From an uncultured Verrucomicrobiae bacterium (GTDB taxonomy: Bacteria; Verrucomicrobiota; Verrucomicrobiia; Chthoniobacterales; UBA10450): a DNA stretch of 64,000 bases. The notes beneath the pieces are model-generated. The model searched no databases and was not told the DNA's origin. It saw nothing but the letters and a program-made list of their open reading frames with translations. Of this stretch, positions 1 through 11,934 are shown piece by piece; within the stretch, counting starts at the first letter, position 1; every line of letters starts with the position of its first letter. A program made the position numbers and the translations under genes. Location of the stretch: the NCBI GenBank assembly GCA_963798305.1, contig CAWCST010000004.1, positions 21,425 to 85,424 of the forward strand. The letters run 5' to 3'.

Positions 1-1575
1 GGAAATTAACAAATCCGCTGTGCGACTCGCGCGCAAAGCCGCGCGGGGCAAAAATGTTTGCATCGCGGGAAGCGTTGGTCCGCTCGGGATCAGCGCACAT
101 GAAGCGGAAGAACGCGGGATTGATCGGGCGGAATGTTTTCGGGAGCAGATCGCGGCCCTGATCGAGGAGGATGTCGATCTGATTTTCTTGGAGACGTTCA
201 TGAATTTTGAAGAGATGGAGATCGCCCTCCGGTCAAAACCAAAAAGCGATTGCATCGTGGCATCTTTGTTCGCTTGCGAGCCGGATGGACGATTGCAATC
301 GAGCATGCCGCTCGTCGATGCATTTGCGCGATGTCGCGAGCTCGGCGCCGCAATTGTTGGTGCCAATTGTTTGAATGGTCCTCGCGCGATGGTGCAGTTG
401 TTCGAGAAACTTCCGGCCGGCGATTTGCTCGCGGCTTATCCCAACGCCGGTTATCCACGCTACGCCGAAGGACGTTACGTTTATCCAACTGCACCGGATT
501 ATTTCGCCAAAGCCGCACGCGAAATGGTCGCGCAAGGCGCGCGATTGATCGGCGGCTGCTGCGGAACCACCCCGGCGCACATCGCGGCAGTCGCGAAAGA
601 AATTGTCGATCTTCGTCCGGTAAAATCGAAATCGGTTCGGGCCATTTCTCAACCGAGGGTCGGGCCGGTGCCGCCGAGCACAAAGCCGAGGAGAGTTTGC
701 TCGACAAGATCGCCGGTGGGCAGCGCGTTGTCATTTGCGAGCTCGATCCGCCAAAAACGCTGGCCCTCGAGAAGTATTTCGCTGGCGCACGCGCGCTGGT
801 CGATGCTGGCTGCGACGCGATCACCTTAGCGGATAATTCGCTGGCGATCTTGCGAGTGAGCAATCTGGCCGTGGGCGCGATATTGAAGGAGCGTTTCGAC
901 ATCACGGCACTGCTGCATTTGAGCTGTCGCGACCGGAACGTGCTGGGACTGCAAAGCGAATTGCTCGGGATGGCGGCGCTCGGGATGCGGCATGTATTGC
1001 CGCTCACCGGCGATCCCGCGCGCGTGGGCGATCATCCCGGCGCGGCGTCGGTTTACGATGTAAATTCGGTCGAGTTGATTTCGATTATCAACCAGCTAAA
1101 CGCGGGCTTCACTTATGCGGGCAAACCGCTGAAAGCTTCGACAAACTTCGTGATTGGTTGCACCTTCAATCCTAACGCCAAGAATCTTGAGGCGCAGGTG
1201 CAGCGGCTCGAGCGCAAAGTGGCTGCGGGCGCGCGATTCGTGATGACTCAGCCGGTGTTCGATATCGATCTTGTCGCGGAGATGCATCGTCGGACGCAAC
1301 ATTTGCCGGTGGCGATTTTCACCGGTGTGTGGCCGTTGCTGGGCGCGCGGCAGGCCGAATTTCTCCATCACGAGGTACCAGGAATCATTGTTCCGGATTC
1401 CGTGCGAGCTGAATTGACGGCGCTCGATGAGCAAGGAGCACGAGCGCGAGGGGCGCGGTTGGCGGAGGAGATAATCGCTGCAGCGCTGGAACATTTCCCG
1501 GGTGTTTACCTAATTACGCCGTTTTTGCATTACGAAATGACGACGGAGCTGGCGAAATTTGCGCGAAGTCTGTGA
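1..1575 (+). CDS. bifunctional homocysteine S-methyltransferase / 5,10-methylenetetrahydrofolate reductase (YitJ-like); 5' end cut by window edge; one frame break at ~650-700
   Basis: ORF 20..829 reads as a homocysteine S-methyltransferase domain (GANCLNGP, GGCCGTTPAHI). ORF 250..1575 from about aa 150 reads as an MTHFR domain (CELDPPK, LHLSCRDRN, FVMTQPVFD). The halves are contiguous but in different frames. Confidence 0.8.
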
Positions 1576-1593
1576 AACGACCAGAATCTCGGG

Positions 1594-2349
1594 ATGTTGA
1601 AAAGCCAGCGCGCGCCTTATCTGCAGTTCGCAATCTTCGCGATAGCGCTTGGGGTATTTGCGTTGTTGTCGCGATTCCTTCCGATTGTTGATCTTATCGG
1701 TTCGCTTCAACAGCGAGTGGTCAAGTTGGGACCTTGGAGCGCGGTCTCTTACCCACTGCTTTTCGCGGGCTGTAACCTTTTGCTTTTGCCAGGTGGAATC
1801 TTGAGCGTCGGCAGCGGTTTTTTCTTCGGCCTTTGGTGGGGTTTTTTCATCGTCCTCCTCGGGAACAGCATCGCGGCGGCGATTTCATTCGCGTTGAGCC
1901 GGTGGCTGGGACAGCGTTGGCTGCGCCGAAAGCTTTCACAGAATCCCACGCTAAAGATGCTGGAGCCAGCGGTTGAGCGCGAAGGATGGAAAATCATTTT
2001 TTTGAGCCAGCTACATCCACTTTTTCCCACGAGCCTCCTGAATTATCTTTATGGCCTAACAACTATTCGATTCCGCACATACATGTTCTGGACTACGCTT
2101 GGACGAGCGCCGGGACTTTTCTTGTATGCCTATCTTGGCACGCTGGGCCAACTCGGTTTGAATCTGACGCGTGGTAAGAGCCACCCGCGAGTGATCGAGT
2201 ATTGGACCTGGATTAGTGCGTTTCTTACAACCGCGCTTTTGTTTATTTTGCTGACCCGAATGGCCGTTCATAAGATGCAAGAGAAACGGAATGGGCCCCG
2301 ACAACCAGCAAGTAAAAAACGTCCAGCTGAGCGAATATTTATTATATAA
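1594..2349 (+). CDS. TVP38/TMEM64 (DedA/SNARE-associated) family membrane protein
   Basis: Intact 251-aa ORF with several hydrophobic helices and family-typical stretches (LLLLPGGILSVGSGFFFG, FLSQLHPLFPTSLLNYLYGLT). Confidence 0.8.
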   Translation: MLKSQRAPYLQFAIFAIALGVFALLSRFLPIVDLIGSLQQRVVKLGPWSAVSYPLLFAGCNLLLLPGGILSVGSGFFFGLWWGFFIVLLGNSIAAAISFALSRWLGQRWLRRKLSQNPTLKMLEPAVEREGWKIIFLSQLHPLFPTSLLNYLYGLTTIRFRTYMFWTTLGRAPGLFLYAYLGTLGQLGLNLTRGKSHPRVIEYWTWISAFLTTALLFILLTRMAVHKMQEKRNGPRQPASKKRPAERIFII

Positions 2350-2484
2350 ATGCCACAGCATAAGTAATTTATGAAAGAACGATTTGATTAGGTTGGCTGG
2401 ATCGGCGACCGGTGCAGCAGCAATTCAGCCCAAGAAGGTCCTGCTACCGCTGTTTGAGCAAGTCCGTTTCGATCTGATTTCAAA

Positions 2485-4334
2485 ATGTTTAAACTTCCCA
2501 CTGAATACGACGTTATAGTGGTCGGCAGCGGGCACGCTGGAATTGAAGCCGCCCTTGCCGCAGCCCGGCTCGGTTGCCGAGCTCTGATGTTGACCCAAAA
2601 CCTGGATACAATCGGCCAAATGTCTTGTAATCCAGCAGTAGGTGGCCTGGCTAAGGGACATATCGTACGCGAAATCGATGCTTTGGGCGGCGCGATGGGT
2701 CTTAACGCTGATGCCACGGGAATCCAGTTTCGAATGTTGAACAGGTCAAAGGGTCCATCTGTTCGGGCGCCGCGGGTTCAGTGCGATAAGAAGGCGTACC
2801 AGTTTCGAATGAAAGCGGTCCTGGAGCGTGCGCCCAGCCTAGATCTCAAGCAAGCGACCGTTTCAAGAATTCTTGCGAAGGATGGAGCAGTGACCGGGGT
2901 CGAAACGGATCTTGGGTTGATGATCATTGGGCGCAGCATTGTAATCACCTCCGGGACGTTTTTGCGCGGTCTCCTTCACGTCGGCGAGAGCAGTAAACCG
3001 GGCGGGCGCATGGCGGATGCGAGCTCGACTTTGAGCGAGAACATTCGGCAGCTTGGCTTTGATGTCGGACGGTTCAAGACCGGGACGCCGTGCCGACTTA
3101 ACGGCCGTTCCATTGATTTTTCGAAGTGCCAGGTACAGCTGGGCGATGAGCCGCCTCCAAGGTTTTCGTTTTTTAGCGATGACGACACGGTTTTGGAAAA
3201 TGACGTTTTCAGCCTGAACAATGTTGGCACTGGCGAGTTCCACGTGGAACAACTCCCCTGCTGGGTAACCCAAACCACTGCCCAAACACACGAGATAATT
3301 CGTTCAAACCTCTATCGTTCGCCTCTTTATGCTGGTCGCATCAGAAGTACCGGGCCCGCGGTATTGCCCGTCAATCGAAGACAAGGTCGTCAGATTCGCC
3401 GATCGCAGCGCACACCAGTTGTTCCTTGAGCCGGAGGGTCGTCACACTGAAGAGTATTATGTTAACGGCATTTCTACGAGCTTGCCTTACGATGTGCAGC
3501 TTGAATTTGTGCACTCAATTCCGGGACTCGAACGGGCGGAAATAATGCGCCCTGGATACGCCGTCGAATACGATTTCTTTCCGCCAACTCAACTTTTCCA
3601 CACGCTCGAGACGAAGCACATCCAAGGACTCTATTTCGCGGGGCAAGTAAACGGGACCTCAGGCTATGAAGAGGCCGCGGCCCAAGGACTGGTGGCAGGC
3701 GCGAATGCGGCATTGAAAGTTCGAGACCAGGTGCCGTTTAGTGTTGGCGAGAAGCGAAGCTTATATCGGTGTGCTCATCGACGACTTCGTAACCAAAGGG
3801 ACGGAAGAACCGTACCGGATGTTTACTAGTCGCGCGGAGGAGCGATTACACCTTCGACAGGATAACGCCGACCAACGCATTACAAGAATCGCGTACCAAA
3901 CAGGCCTTGTTGACAAGAGTCGCTGGATCGCATTCGATGCGAAAATGGAGCTGCTAAATAGAGTAAGAATCATTTCGAGACAGTCCAAAATTAATGGTGA
4001 ATCGATCTCGCAGCTGTTGAAGCGGCCGAATTTCAATCGTGACACTCTGCCGAGGGAAATGGCCTCGTCGGCCCCAGCCGAAGTTTGGGACTTAATCGAG
4101 ACCGAACTTAAGTATGAGGGATATGCCGCCCGCCAGGCCGATCAAAACCGCGATATCGCCCGAAGATCGCATCAGAAAATTCCAGATGGATTTGACTTTG
4201 AAAAGATCGCCGGACTGAGCTCGGAGACGAGGCAGAAGCTATTGAAGGTTCGCCCGACTACGGTGGGGCAAGCCGCGCGGGTCAGTGGAGTCACACCCGC
4301 CGATGTGGCTATCTATATCTATATGGCTTGCTAA
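2485..4334 (+). CDS. mnmG: tRNA uridine-5-carboxymethylaminomethyl(34) synthesis enzyme MnmG/GidA; frame breaks at ~3345 and ~3740
   Basis: FAD fold [21 protein letters not shown], then [30 protein letters not shown], and a C-terminal YEGYAARQ. Spread over ORFs 2485..3429, 3329..3829 and 3741..4334 in three frames. The ~3345 break looks like a 1-nt insertion (atc-a-gaa). Confidence 0.9.
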
Positions 4335-4401
4335 GAACTACTTATGCACGACGAATTCACATTCCTAGTTTCGGCGCGGTCGTCCAGCCGCAAGTAAAGA
4401 C

Positions 4402-5029
4402 GTGTTTGCTCTCGTTATTGTCGCGCTAGTCAGTTATCTGGTTGGATCTGTGCCGGCCGGATATCTTGCCGGTCGCCTGGCCGGTATCGATATTCGCAAG
4501 GCTGGCAGCGGCAATATCGGCGCGACTAATGTCGTCCGCGTGTTAGGCAGGCGATTATGGCTATCCGGTTTTCTTGTTCGACTTTTTGAAAGGCCTGGCG
4601 GCCGTGGAGATATCCATCTTATTGTTCGATCAGAGTCATTCGGCACAATTCAGCCGCGAACTATTCGGGGTCATCGCAGGGGTATGTTGTGTGATCGGAC
4701 ACGAGTTTCCGGTGTGGCTAGGATTTAAAGGCGGCAAGGGTGTGGCTACATCCGGCGGCGTGATCTTTGGACTAATGCCGCTGGCCGCATTCATAATGGC
4801 CATCGTCTGGATGATCACATTTCGAATGACTCGATACGTCTCAGTTGCTTCGGTCACAGCTGCGCTCGCTCTGCCCGTCCTTGTGGGTGTAATGCTTTAC
4901 TTTAAGGAGTTGGAGCGCCCGTTCTTCTTTACTTTTCAATCTGCTCTGGCAGCCATCGTGGCTGCGCGCCATCGCGCAAATTTTTCTCGTCTCATCCACG
5001 GCGTCGAACCACGCTTTCAGCGAAAGTGA
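4402..5029 (+). CDS. plsY: glycerol-3-phosphate acyltransferase PlsY; frame break at ~4555
   Basis: ORFs 4402..4728 and 4574..5029 carry GSVPAGYLAGR...GSGNIGATNV, then IGHEFPVWLGFKGGKGVATSGG. GTG start. Membrane protein. Confidence 0.85.
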
Positions 5030-6030
5030 AATTTCGGAAAACGGCGATTCTCGGGCGCAGGCGGCTGGGGTACGGCTTTGTCGGTTTTGTGGGCCAAGCG
5101 AGGTCACGACATCCTGCTTTGGGGAAATAACCCGTCACGTGTTGAGCGACTTCGAGAAAACCGTGAAAACAGCGATTATCTGCCGGGAATAAGACTTCCG
5201 GACACGATTGGCCTAACGAGCGATCTAAAAGATTGCGCCGGAGCTGATCTCATTGTGTTCGTCACTCCATCGACAGCATTGCGGACGATTGCCAAGCATT
5301 CTGCGGGAAGTCATAAGGAACGATCAGGCGCTGCTCCTCAGTTGCACGAAAGGAATCGAGCACGGCACCGGCATGAGAATGAGCGAGATCCTGCACGAAA
5401 TTTTTCCTGGCCACGCGATCGCCGTTATGTCGGGCCCAAATTTAGCGGCCGAAGTTTCGCGCGAACTTACCCACCGCAACAGTTCTGGCTTGCAACAAAC
5501 CGGAATGCGCTGCCGGGCTTCAGAGCTATCTTGGCAGTGCACGATTTCGAGTTTATACCGGTAATGAGCTTGCGGGCATCGAGTTGGGAGGCGCATTGAA
5601 AAACGTGTTCGCGATCGCGGCCGGGGCCAGCGATGGGCTCGGATTGGGCGATAATTCCAAGGCGGCATTGGTCACGCGTTCGCTTGCCGAGATGATTCGG
5701 CTCGGAATACCAATGGGCGGAGAGCTGGCGACATTTTATGGATTGAGTGGCGTCGGCGATCTCATCCTGACCTGTTTCAGCAATTACAGCCGGAATCGGC
5801 GCGTCGGCGAACAACTCGGTCACGGCCGGTCGCTTGTGCAAATCACGTCTTCGATGCAAATGGTGGCCGAAGGAATTCCGACCGCGAAAAGCGCTTATGA
5901 ATGCGCGCGTAAACTCAAGGTCGACACCCCGATCATTGATCAGATCTATGCGCTGCTTTACGAGAACAAAACGCCAGCGCAGGCAATTCAGGAATTGCTC
6001 AGACGCGATCAAAAGGCAGAACAGATTTGA
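5026..6030 (+). CDS. gpsA: NAD(P)H-dependent glycerol-3-phosphate dehydrogenase GpsA; at least 3 frame breaks (~5055, ~5290, ~5470)
   Basis: GTG at 5026 overlaps the plsY stop (GTGA). ILGAGGWGTALSVLWAKRGHD is restored by removing 1 nt. Also LLSCTKGIE, SGPNLAAEV, ELGGALKNVFAIAAG and MVAEGIPTAKS. The pieces lie in ORFs 5078.., 5253.. and 5584..6030. Confidence 0.85.
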
Positions 6031-6039
6031 AGTGCATCC

Positions 6040-6618
6040 TTAACGCTGGCAAAGTTTTGCGACTGCCGTTGGATACAGCTCGTGCTCTGCAACTTGGATC
6101 CGCGCATGCAAACTCTCCGGCGTGTCGTTAGGCAGAATTGGAACTTCGCGCTGCGCGATGATATCACCGTGATCGATTTTCTCATCGACATAGTGCACCG
6201 TGCACCCGGTCACCTTCTCGCCGGCAGCGAGCACCTGCTTCCAAGCTTCTAGCCCGGGGAATTTTGGCAACAGCGAGGGGTGAATGTTGATAATCCGTCG
6301 CGGAAAGGCCTTCAGCATTGGTGACTTAAGGATGCGCATAAATCCAGCCAGAATCACAAGCTCGGTACCGGCGTCGCGCAGCATTTGTACAAGTTCGATC
6401 TCCACTTTTGGTTCGAATCGGGTCCGAAACTCTCCCGCTGGCAGATAGGCGTTCGGGATGCAGAACTCGCGCGCAATGTCCAGGATCGGCGCGTCCAGGA
6501 CATCGGAAATTACGATGCGCGCTTCGGCAGGCAACGCGCCTGACCGAATGCTTTCGAGGATCGCGCGGCAGTTTGATCCTTTGCCGGAGCCGAGTATTCC
6601 AAGCGCAAGCGGTTTCAT
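6040..6618 (-). CDS. purN: phosphoribosylglycinamide formyltransferase
   Basis: Intact 192-aa ORF with GILGSGKGSN, ILAGFMRIL, NIHPSLLPKFPGL and GCTVHYVDEKIDHGDII. Confidence 0.9.
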   Translation of the reverse strand: MKPLALGILGSGKGSNCRAILESIRSGALPAEARIVISDVLDAPILDIAREFCIPNAYLPAGEFRTRFEPKVEIELVQMLRDAGTELVILAGFMRILKSPMLKAFPRRIINIHPSLLPKFPGLEAWKQVLAAGEKVTGCTVHYVDEKIDHGDIIAQREVPILPNDTPESLHARIQVAEHELYPTAVAKLCQR

Positions 6619-7103
6619 TTTGAAAGGTTGCGGATTTGCTCGATCAAGCGCGACGTAGAGTAGCCTTCTGCAAATGGGATGATCTCGATCTTTGCGCCGA
6701 TTCTTTGCAAAGTTGCGCGCTCCTCCTGGTCCAGCGTCTCGGCGGTGTAGTCGCCGCCTTTGGCGTAGATTGCCGGGGCCGCCGCTTCAAGGAAGTGCGT
6801 TGCGCGTGGCTCGGGAAAAATCGTGACGAAGTCCACATACTCGAGCGCTGCCAGCACTTCGGCGCGATCTCTTTCATTATTGAGCGGGCGTCCCCGACCC
6901 TTTAGTTCGCAGACTGACTCGTCGCCATTCAGGCCCACGATCAAAGCATCTCCCAGCGCGCGGGCGGCCTGCAGGTAGCGCACATGCCCCACGTGCAACA
7001 AGTCGAAACATCCGTTTGTGGCGACTATTGTTTTGCCGGCGGTACGCAACTCCTTTGCCCGCGCAACCACCTGCGGCATATCGATAATCTTCTTCCCGTT
7101 CAT
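6615..7103 (-). CDS. rfaE2: D-glycero-beta-D-manno-heptose 1-phosphate adenylyltransferase (RfaE domain II-type cytidylyltransferase)
   Basis: Intact 162-aa ORF with the cytidylyltransferase motif NGCFDLLHVGHVRYL and ERDRAEVLAALEYVD. Overlaps purN by 4 nt. Confidence 0.8.
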   Translation of the reverse strand: MNGKKIIDMPQVVARAKELRTAGKTIVATNGCFDLLHVGHVRYLQAARALGDALIVGLNGDESVCELKGRGRPLNNERDRAEVLAALEYVDFVTIFPEPRATHFLEAAAPAIYAKGGDYTAETLDQEERATLQRIGAKIEIIPFAEGYSTSRLIEQIRNLSK

Positions 7104-8062
7104 CGCTTATTCAGGACAAAGTTTAGCGTGCGTGGTACAACTTGAAACATCGCCGGCGCGTTTCCGACCAGTTCTCCATCGACATTGAACCACATTCCGG
7201 GACGCGACCGCACCGCGATTTTCTTCGCCCGGCGAAAAATAACCGCATTGTTGGAAAGATGCTTGCCCAAAAGTATTTCCGCCGCGAGCACTGCCATCTC
7301 CGGCGCCGGACGTTTGGGAATCAAGACCACGTCGAGCAATCCATCGGCAAGGTCAGCATCCGGCGTGATCGGTAATCCGCCGGCGACGAAGCGGCCATTC
7401 CCAATTACGACGTTGTAAAGCTCAATCGACAACTCTTCTTCGTCATCAAAAACGAGTTGGGTGCGGTAGGCGCGTAGTTCCGGCAACGCCGCAGCTGCGC
7501 TCCGCAGGTAAGCTAGCGGGCCCCAGGTTCGTTTGATCTCCGGTGTTAATTTTTCATTGACGATGCCGCTGAAGCCGCCGGCCGAAACATTCACGAAATA
7601 GCGAGTCCGATCGCTCTGTACCCGCACTAGATCCACTGGCATCCCTTTTCTCGAAGCCAGGATGTCGATGTTGTCCTCGATTCCCGCCGGAAGGCCGAGC
7701 GCGCGGGCAAAATCATTGCCGGTCCCGAGCGGCACAAGCCCCACCCAAGCCTGGCGCGAACGCCTTCCGATTCCATTGACGACTTCATTTAGCGTCCCAT
7801 CACCGCCAGCCGCGACAATGTAATTGCATTTTTTTCTGAGCGCTTCGCGCGCGAGCTTCTCTGCATCGCCGCATCGTCGGGTTACGCACAGCGCTGCGGG
7901 ATTGAGCTGCCGTAATTTCGCAAGTATCGCTTCGACGTTTGTAACCGAGCCCGCAGTAGGATTGAAAATAATGCAGGGTTTCATGCGACTCCGAAAGCAG
8001 TTCGCCGGCCCCGAATATTTCGGCGCTGTCGAATTTTTGCGCGCTTGAGAGATTTGCGCCAA
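7100..8062 (-). CDS. diacylglycerol/lipid kinase family protein (YegS/BmrU-like); true start probably the MKPCIIFNP Met at 7984
   Basis: Intact ORF with IIFNPTAGS, VAAGGDGTLNEVVNG and PLGTGNDFARALG. Overlaps rfaE2 by 4 nt. Confidence 0.8.
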   Translation of the reverse strand: MAQISQARKNSTAPKYSGPANCFRSRMKPCIIFNPTAGSVTNVEAILAKLRQLNPAALCVTRRCGDAEKLAREALRKKCNYIVAAGGDGTLNEVVNGIGRRSRQAWVGLVPLGTGNDFARALGLPAGIEDNIDILASRKGMPVDLVRVQSDRTRYFVNVSAGGFSGIVNEKLTPEIKRTWGPLAYLRSAAAALPELRAYRTQLVFDDEEELSIELYNVVIGNGRFVAGGLPITPDADLADGLLDVVLIPKRPAPEMAVLAAEILLGKHLSNNAVIFRRAKKIAVRSRPGMWFNVDGELVGNAPAMFQVVPRTLNFVLNKR

Positions 8063-8082
8063 CTTGTAGGCGCGAGTTTGCC

Positions 8083-8872
8083 ATGACCAGAGAAAAAAAC
8101 AAAAACAACGACGCGCCTCAATCCGACGCTCAGTCCGGGTTTCGCGTTTCGGCCGGGCCCGTCGTGCGGCTCGTCAGTGGCGGCGAGCGCAGGTTTGAGC
8201 TCGACGACGTGGTCGAGCTGCCGCGCGTTTACGGGCCGCCAATGTTGTTTGCAATCGCCCGTGACCCGCGCACGATTTTCACCTATTGGAACATCGATTG
8301 GCCGTCGATCTTTGCGAAAACTGCGCCGATTGATCGCCAGGTTCATCTTCGCGTTCGCCGAAGCGACGGCGTGGAAGAGACCAGTGCCGCAGCCGAGCCG
8401 ATGGCCGGCAACTGTTACCTGACGGTTTCACAACCGCGCGGCGCTTATCGCGTCGAGATCGGATACTATCGGCCTGAAGGCGTTTGGAACTCGGTCGCGA
8501 CCTCCGATGAGGTGAGCATGCCGCCCCAGAGCGTCGCTCAAAGCGTAGATGTCGATCTTGCTACCATTCCGTTCCATTTGAGTTTTCAACGGTTGATCGA
8601 TCTTTTCCGCGCATCGAACAGCGGCGCGCTCACCGAAATCATTTCACGTTTGCAAAAGCGAGCGGTTACCGATGAGGATCGCGCGCTGATTGAGCGCAGA
8701 AGAATGGGAAATTCTTCGCGCAATGAATTTGTCTCTAGATGAAGTTGACGCGGCTCGGCGCGCATTCATGGAGCGGGCGAACAACGAAGCATTGCGCAAA
8801 CGCGCCGAAGCCGTCCTCGGTTTTGGATCGACCAGTCCCGCGCGAGGATTCGGCGAAAGCAGCTGGAGCTAG
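8083..8872 (+). CDS. DUF4912-like protein; frame break at ~8695
   Basis: ELPRVYGPPMLFAIARDPRTIFTYWNI matches the DUF4912 signature as I remember it. The C-terminus continues in ORF 8690..8872. Confidence 0.55.
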
Positions 8873-8898
8873 GCGAGCTTTCGAAAAGCGCAGCGGAG

Positions 8899-10404
8899 CT
8901 AGCGGCTCAGCTTCATTCCCTCCGGCATTTCCGGCGGTGGTGCATTGATGCGGCTGTGGCGCTTCCCGTAACTGAAGTAGAAGACGAGCCCAATCAGCAG
9001 CCAAACGATCAACCGCATCCAATTCGTCCACCCGAGACCATAGATCATCGCGCCGCAGACGATGATCCCGAGAGTCGAGACGACCGGCACGGCCGGCACG
9101 CGGAATCCTCGTTCTAGATCAGGACGCCGGACCCGCATGATCCAAACCCCTGCGCAGACGAGAATGAAAGCGAATAGCGTTCCGATGCTGGTCATTTCAC
9201 CGGTGACGTCCGCGGGAACGAAGGCGGCCAGTGAGCCGGTGAAAACAAAGAAAAGCATGTTCGATTTGTAGGGTGTCCTAAACCGCGGGTGCACATCGGA
9301 AAAAACTCGTGGCACCAGTCCGTCCCGGCTCATTGAAAAGAAGACGCGCGATTGCCCGAGCAACATCACGAGAATAACCGACGAAAAGCCGGCGAGAATC
9401 GCAACCGTAACCGATTTCGATAGCCACTCGTAACCGGTCATGTATTTCGTGATCGCGAACGCGACTGAGGCTTCACGGCCAGCCGACCGAAAGTCCTGCA
9501 CCGTTGCAACGCCGCTCAGCACATAAGCGAAAAGTACGTAGAGAACGGTGCAAAAGGCCAGCGATCCAAGAATGCCAATCGGCATGTCGCGCTTTGGATT
9601 TCTTGCTTCCTGCGCGGCGGTCGAGACGGCATCGAAACCGATGTAAGCGAAAAAGACGACACCCGCCGCCCCGAGAATGCCAAGGATTCCGCCGTAGGCG
9701 TGGGTGATCCCTTGCGGTGTAACGTAAGTAGCTGCCGTGGGAATAAACGGTGTGTGGTTCGCCGGATTGATGAATCCCCACCCGATGCCGATGAAGAGCA
9801 ATACAATGCTCACCTTCAAAACAACGATTAGACCATTGACGAAAGCCGATTCCTTCGTGCCGCGGATAAGCAGCAGCGTGAGAAGAAGGAGAATGAAAAC
9901 CGCTGGGATGTTCAACATCCCATGTATCCCGGTCGGGTCATGCTCGAAAGGCGAATGGGTCCATTGGTATGGGAGCCGCAGCCCGAACCAATCGAGCACC
10001 CGATTCGCATATTCGCTCCAGGCAATGGCTACGGTCGACGCCGCGACCGCGTATTCGAGGATCAAATCCCAGCCGATGATCCACGCAACAAACTCGCCCA
10101 TCGTTGCGTAGGAATAGGTGTAGGCGCTGCCCGCAACCGGAATTAGCGAAGCGAATTCTGCGTAACAGAGACCCGCAAACGCGCAACCAATTCCGGCGAC
10201 GATGAACGCAAGCACAACCGATGGGCCCGCGCGATCAGCAATAGCGGCAGCGGTGCGCACAAACAGACCGGCGCCGATGATTCCCCCAATGCCGAGCGCC
10301 ACGAGGTTTACCGGCCCGAGCGAGCGTTTCAGGCTGTGTTCGCCGACCTCCTGCGCCTCTTCCATCAGCCTCTCGAGAGGCTTCCTTGCGAATAGATTTG
10401 CCAT
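8899..10404 (-). CDS. APC-superfamily amino acid permease (cationic amino acid transporter-like)
   Basis: Intact 501-aa polytopic ORF with the N-terminal LKRSLGPVNLVALGIGGIIGAGLFV and AGLCYAEFASLIPVAGSAYTYSY. Confidence 0.85.
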   Translation of the reverse strand: MANLFARKPLERLMEEAQEVGEHSLKRSLGPVNLVALGIGGIIGAGLFVRTAAAIADRAGPSVVLAFIVAGIGCAFAGLCYAEFASLIPVAGSAYTYSYATMGEFVAWIIGWDLILEYAVAASTVAIAWSEYANRVLDWFGLRLPYQWTHSPFEHDPTGIHGMLNIPAVFILLLLTLLLIRGTKESAFVNGLIVVLKVSIVLLFIGIGWGFINPANHTPFIPTAATYVTPQGITHAYGGILGILGAAGVVFFAYIGFDAVSTAAQEARNPKRDMPIGILGSLAFCTVLYVLFAYVLSGVATVQDFRSAGREASVAFAITKYMTGYEWLSKSVTVAILAGFSSVILVMLLGQSRVFFSMSRDGLVPRVFSDVHPRFRTPYKSNMLFFVFTGSLAAFVPADVTGEMTSIGTLFAFILVCAGVWIMRVRRPDLERGFRVPAVPVVSTLGIIVCGAMIYGLGWTNWMRLIVWLLIGLVFYFSYGKRHSRINAPPPEMPEGMKLSR

Positions 10405-10457
10405 GCGTTCGCTTTCTTATTGGTTGTTCATCGTTTCGAGTTTCGGTTTCAATCGCG

Positions 10458-11934
10458 CTAGTCGCCTGACGGCGCACCAGCGTTTGATTTTCGCCAAAGA
10501 AAATAAATCGGCACGCCGGTCAACACGATGATGAGACCGGGCCATGTCGTCGCCGTCTGGTAGATGAAAAGCACGAAGAGGATTACGCCCGCGCCGACGA
10601 TATAGAGCGCAGGCACGATCGGGTAACCAAATGCTTTATATGGGCGCTCGGCGTCGGGTCGTTTCCAGCGCAGCAAGAAGAGCCGACGATCGTCAGAATG
10701 TAGAAGATAAGCGCGGCCGAAATGACGTAGTCGAGAAGGTTGCCGTAAAGATTTCCGTAACCGGTGACATTGCCGACGGCATCTGTCTTCACAGTGCGCG
10801 GCAAAACGAGGACGCCGGCCCAAATGCCTTGAATGATGAGGCCCCACGCGGGCACGTGATTCTTATTCAACTCGCCCACGCGACGGAAGAAGAGACCGTC
10901 GCGCGCCATCGCATAATAAGCGCGTGCCCCGCTAGAATCAGTCCGTTGTTGCAGCCGAAGGTCGAGACCATGATCGCGACGGCCATGATGGTGGCGCCGG
11001 CACCGGGAAAGATTACGTTCGCCGTCTCAGAGGCAACGCGGTCACTGGGCGCGTTCTGAATCGCGGCGAAAGGTAGCGCGGCCAGATAAGCCACGTTGGC
11101 GAGCAGATAGAGACCAATGACGAGAATCGTGCCAAGTGCCAGCGAGAGCGGAACGTTGCGGCGCGGATTTATGACTTCGCCAGCCGTGAACGTGATGTTG
11201 TTCCACGCGTCCGCAGAGAAAAGCGAATTAGTTTGAGCCACGCAAATGCCGACGAAGAGGCCAAAGGCGGTCGCGGCGGTCAAGCCTTCGCCAACATCCT
11301 GCAAACCGCCGCGCAGGCTCCAGAAGTCGCTGAAGTTCGCCGCGCCAGCGCCCGACCTCACGCCGACAATGATGCCGAGCAGGATAAGCGCGATGAGCGC
11401 ACCGGTCTTCGCTGTCGTGAAGATGTTCTGCACGAGCTTGCCGAGCTTCAAGCCACGCGTGTTCATGAACGTCAGCAGCGCGATCATCGCCAGGCCGACT
11501 GCCTGGGCGGTTGAGAGGGAGAGCGCGTAGCTGCCAAAACGAGCGGGCGCGATCAGGTAATTCGACTCCGACACCCATGGAATGAGCACGCCCATGTAGC
11601 GCGCGAAGCCGACGGCAACCGCCGCGATTGTGCCGGTCTGAATAACGAGAAAGAGCGTCCAGCCGTAGAGGAAGCCCCAGAGCGGCGAAAATGCTTCGCG
11701 CAGGTAAACATATTGGCCGCCGGCCTTCGGCATCATGGCCGCCAACTCGCCGTAAGAGAGCGCTGCCATGAGCGTGAGCAGTCCAGTAACGAGCCAAACG
11801 ACAAGTAACCAGCCGGGCGCGCCGACCTGCCGGGCAATGATTGAAGAGACGATGAAAATGCCGGAACCGATCATCGAACCCGCAACGAGCATGGTCGAAT
11901 CGAGCAGTCCGAGTCCCCTGACGAATTCTGTCAT
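10458..11934 (-). CDS. APC-family amino acid permease, second copy in tandem; frame breaks at ~10920 and ~10685
   Basis: ORFs 10867..11934, 10583..10909 and 10458..10847 join into one permease (GLLDSTMLVAGSMIGSGIF, YGELAAMMPKAGGQYVY, ARDGLFF, RPYKAFGYP). Confidence 0.8.

Noticed and set aside
198-1007. Long antisense or alternative-frame ORFs in the track. Examples: 198..1007(-), 5467..6012(-), 12454..13470(-), 17200..17814(-), 22175..22729(-), 23402..23998(-), 25271..25837(-), 33501..34178(-), 38783..39463(+), 40829..41500(-), 45048..45695(+), 53101..53739(-).
   Set aside because: Each lies opposite, or out of frame, to a gene with unmistakable conserved motifs. They have Arg/Ala/Pro-rich low-complexity composition typical of shadow ORFs in GC-rich DNA, and no recognisable domains.
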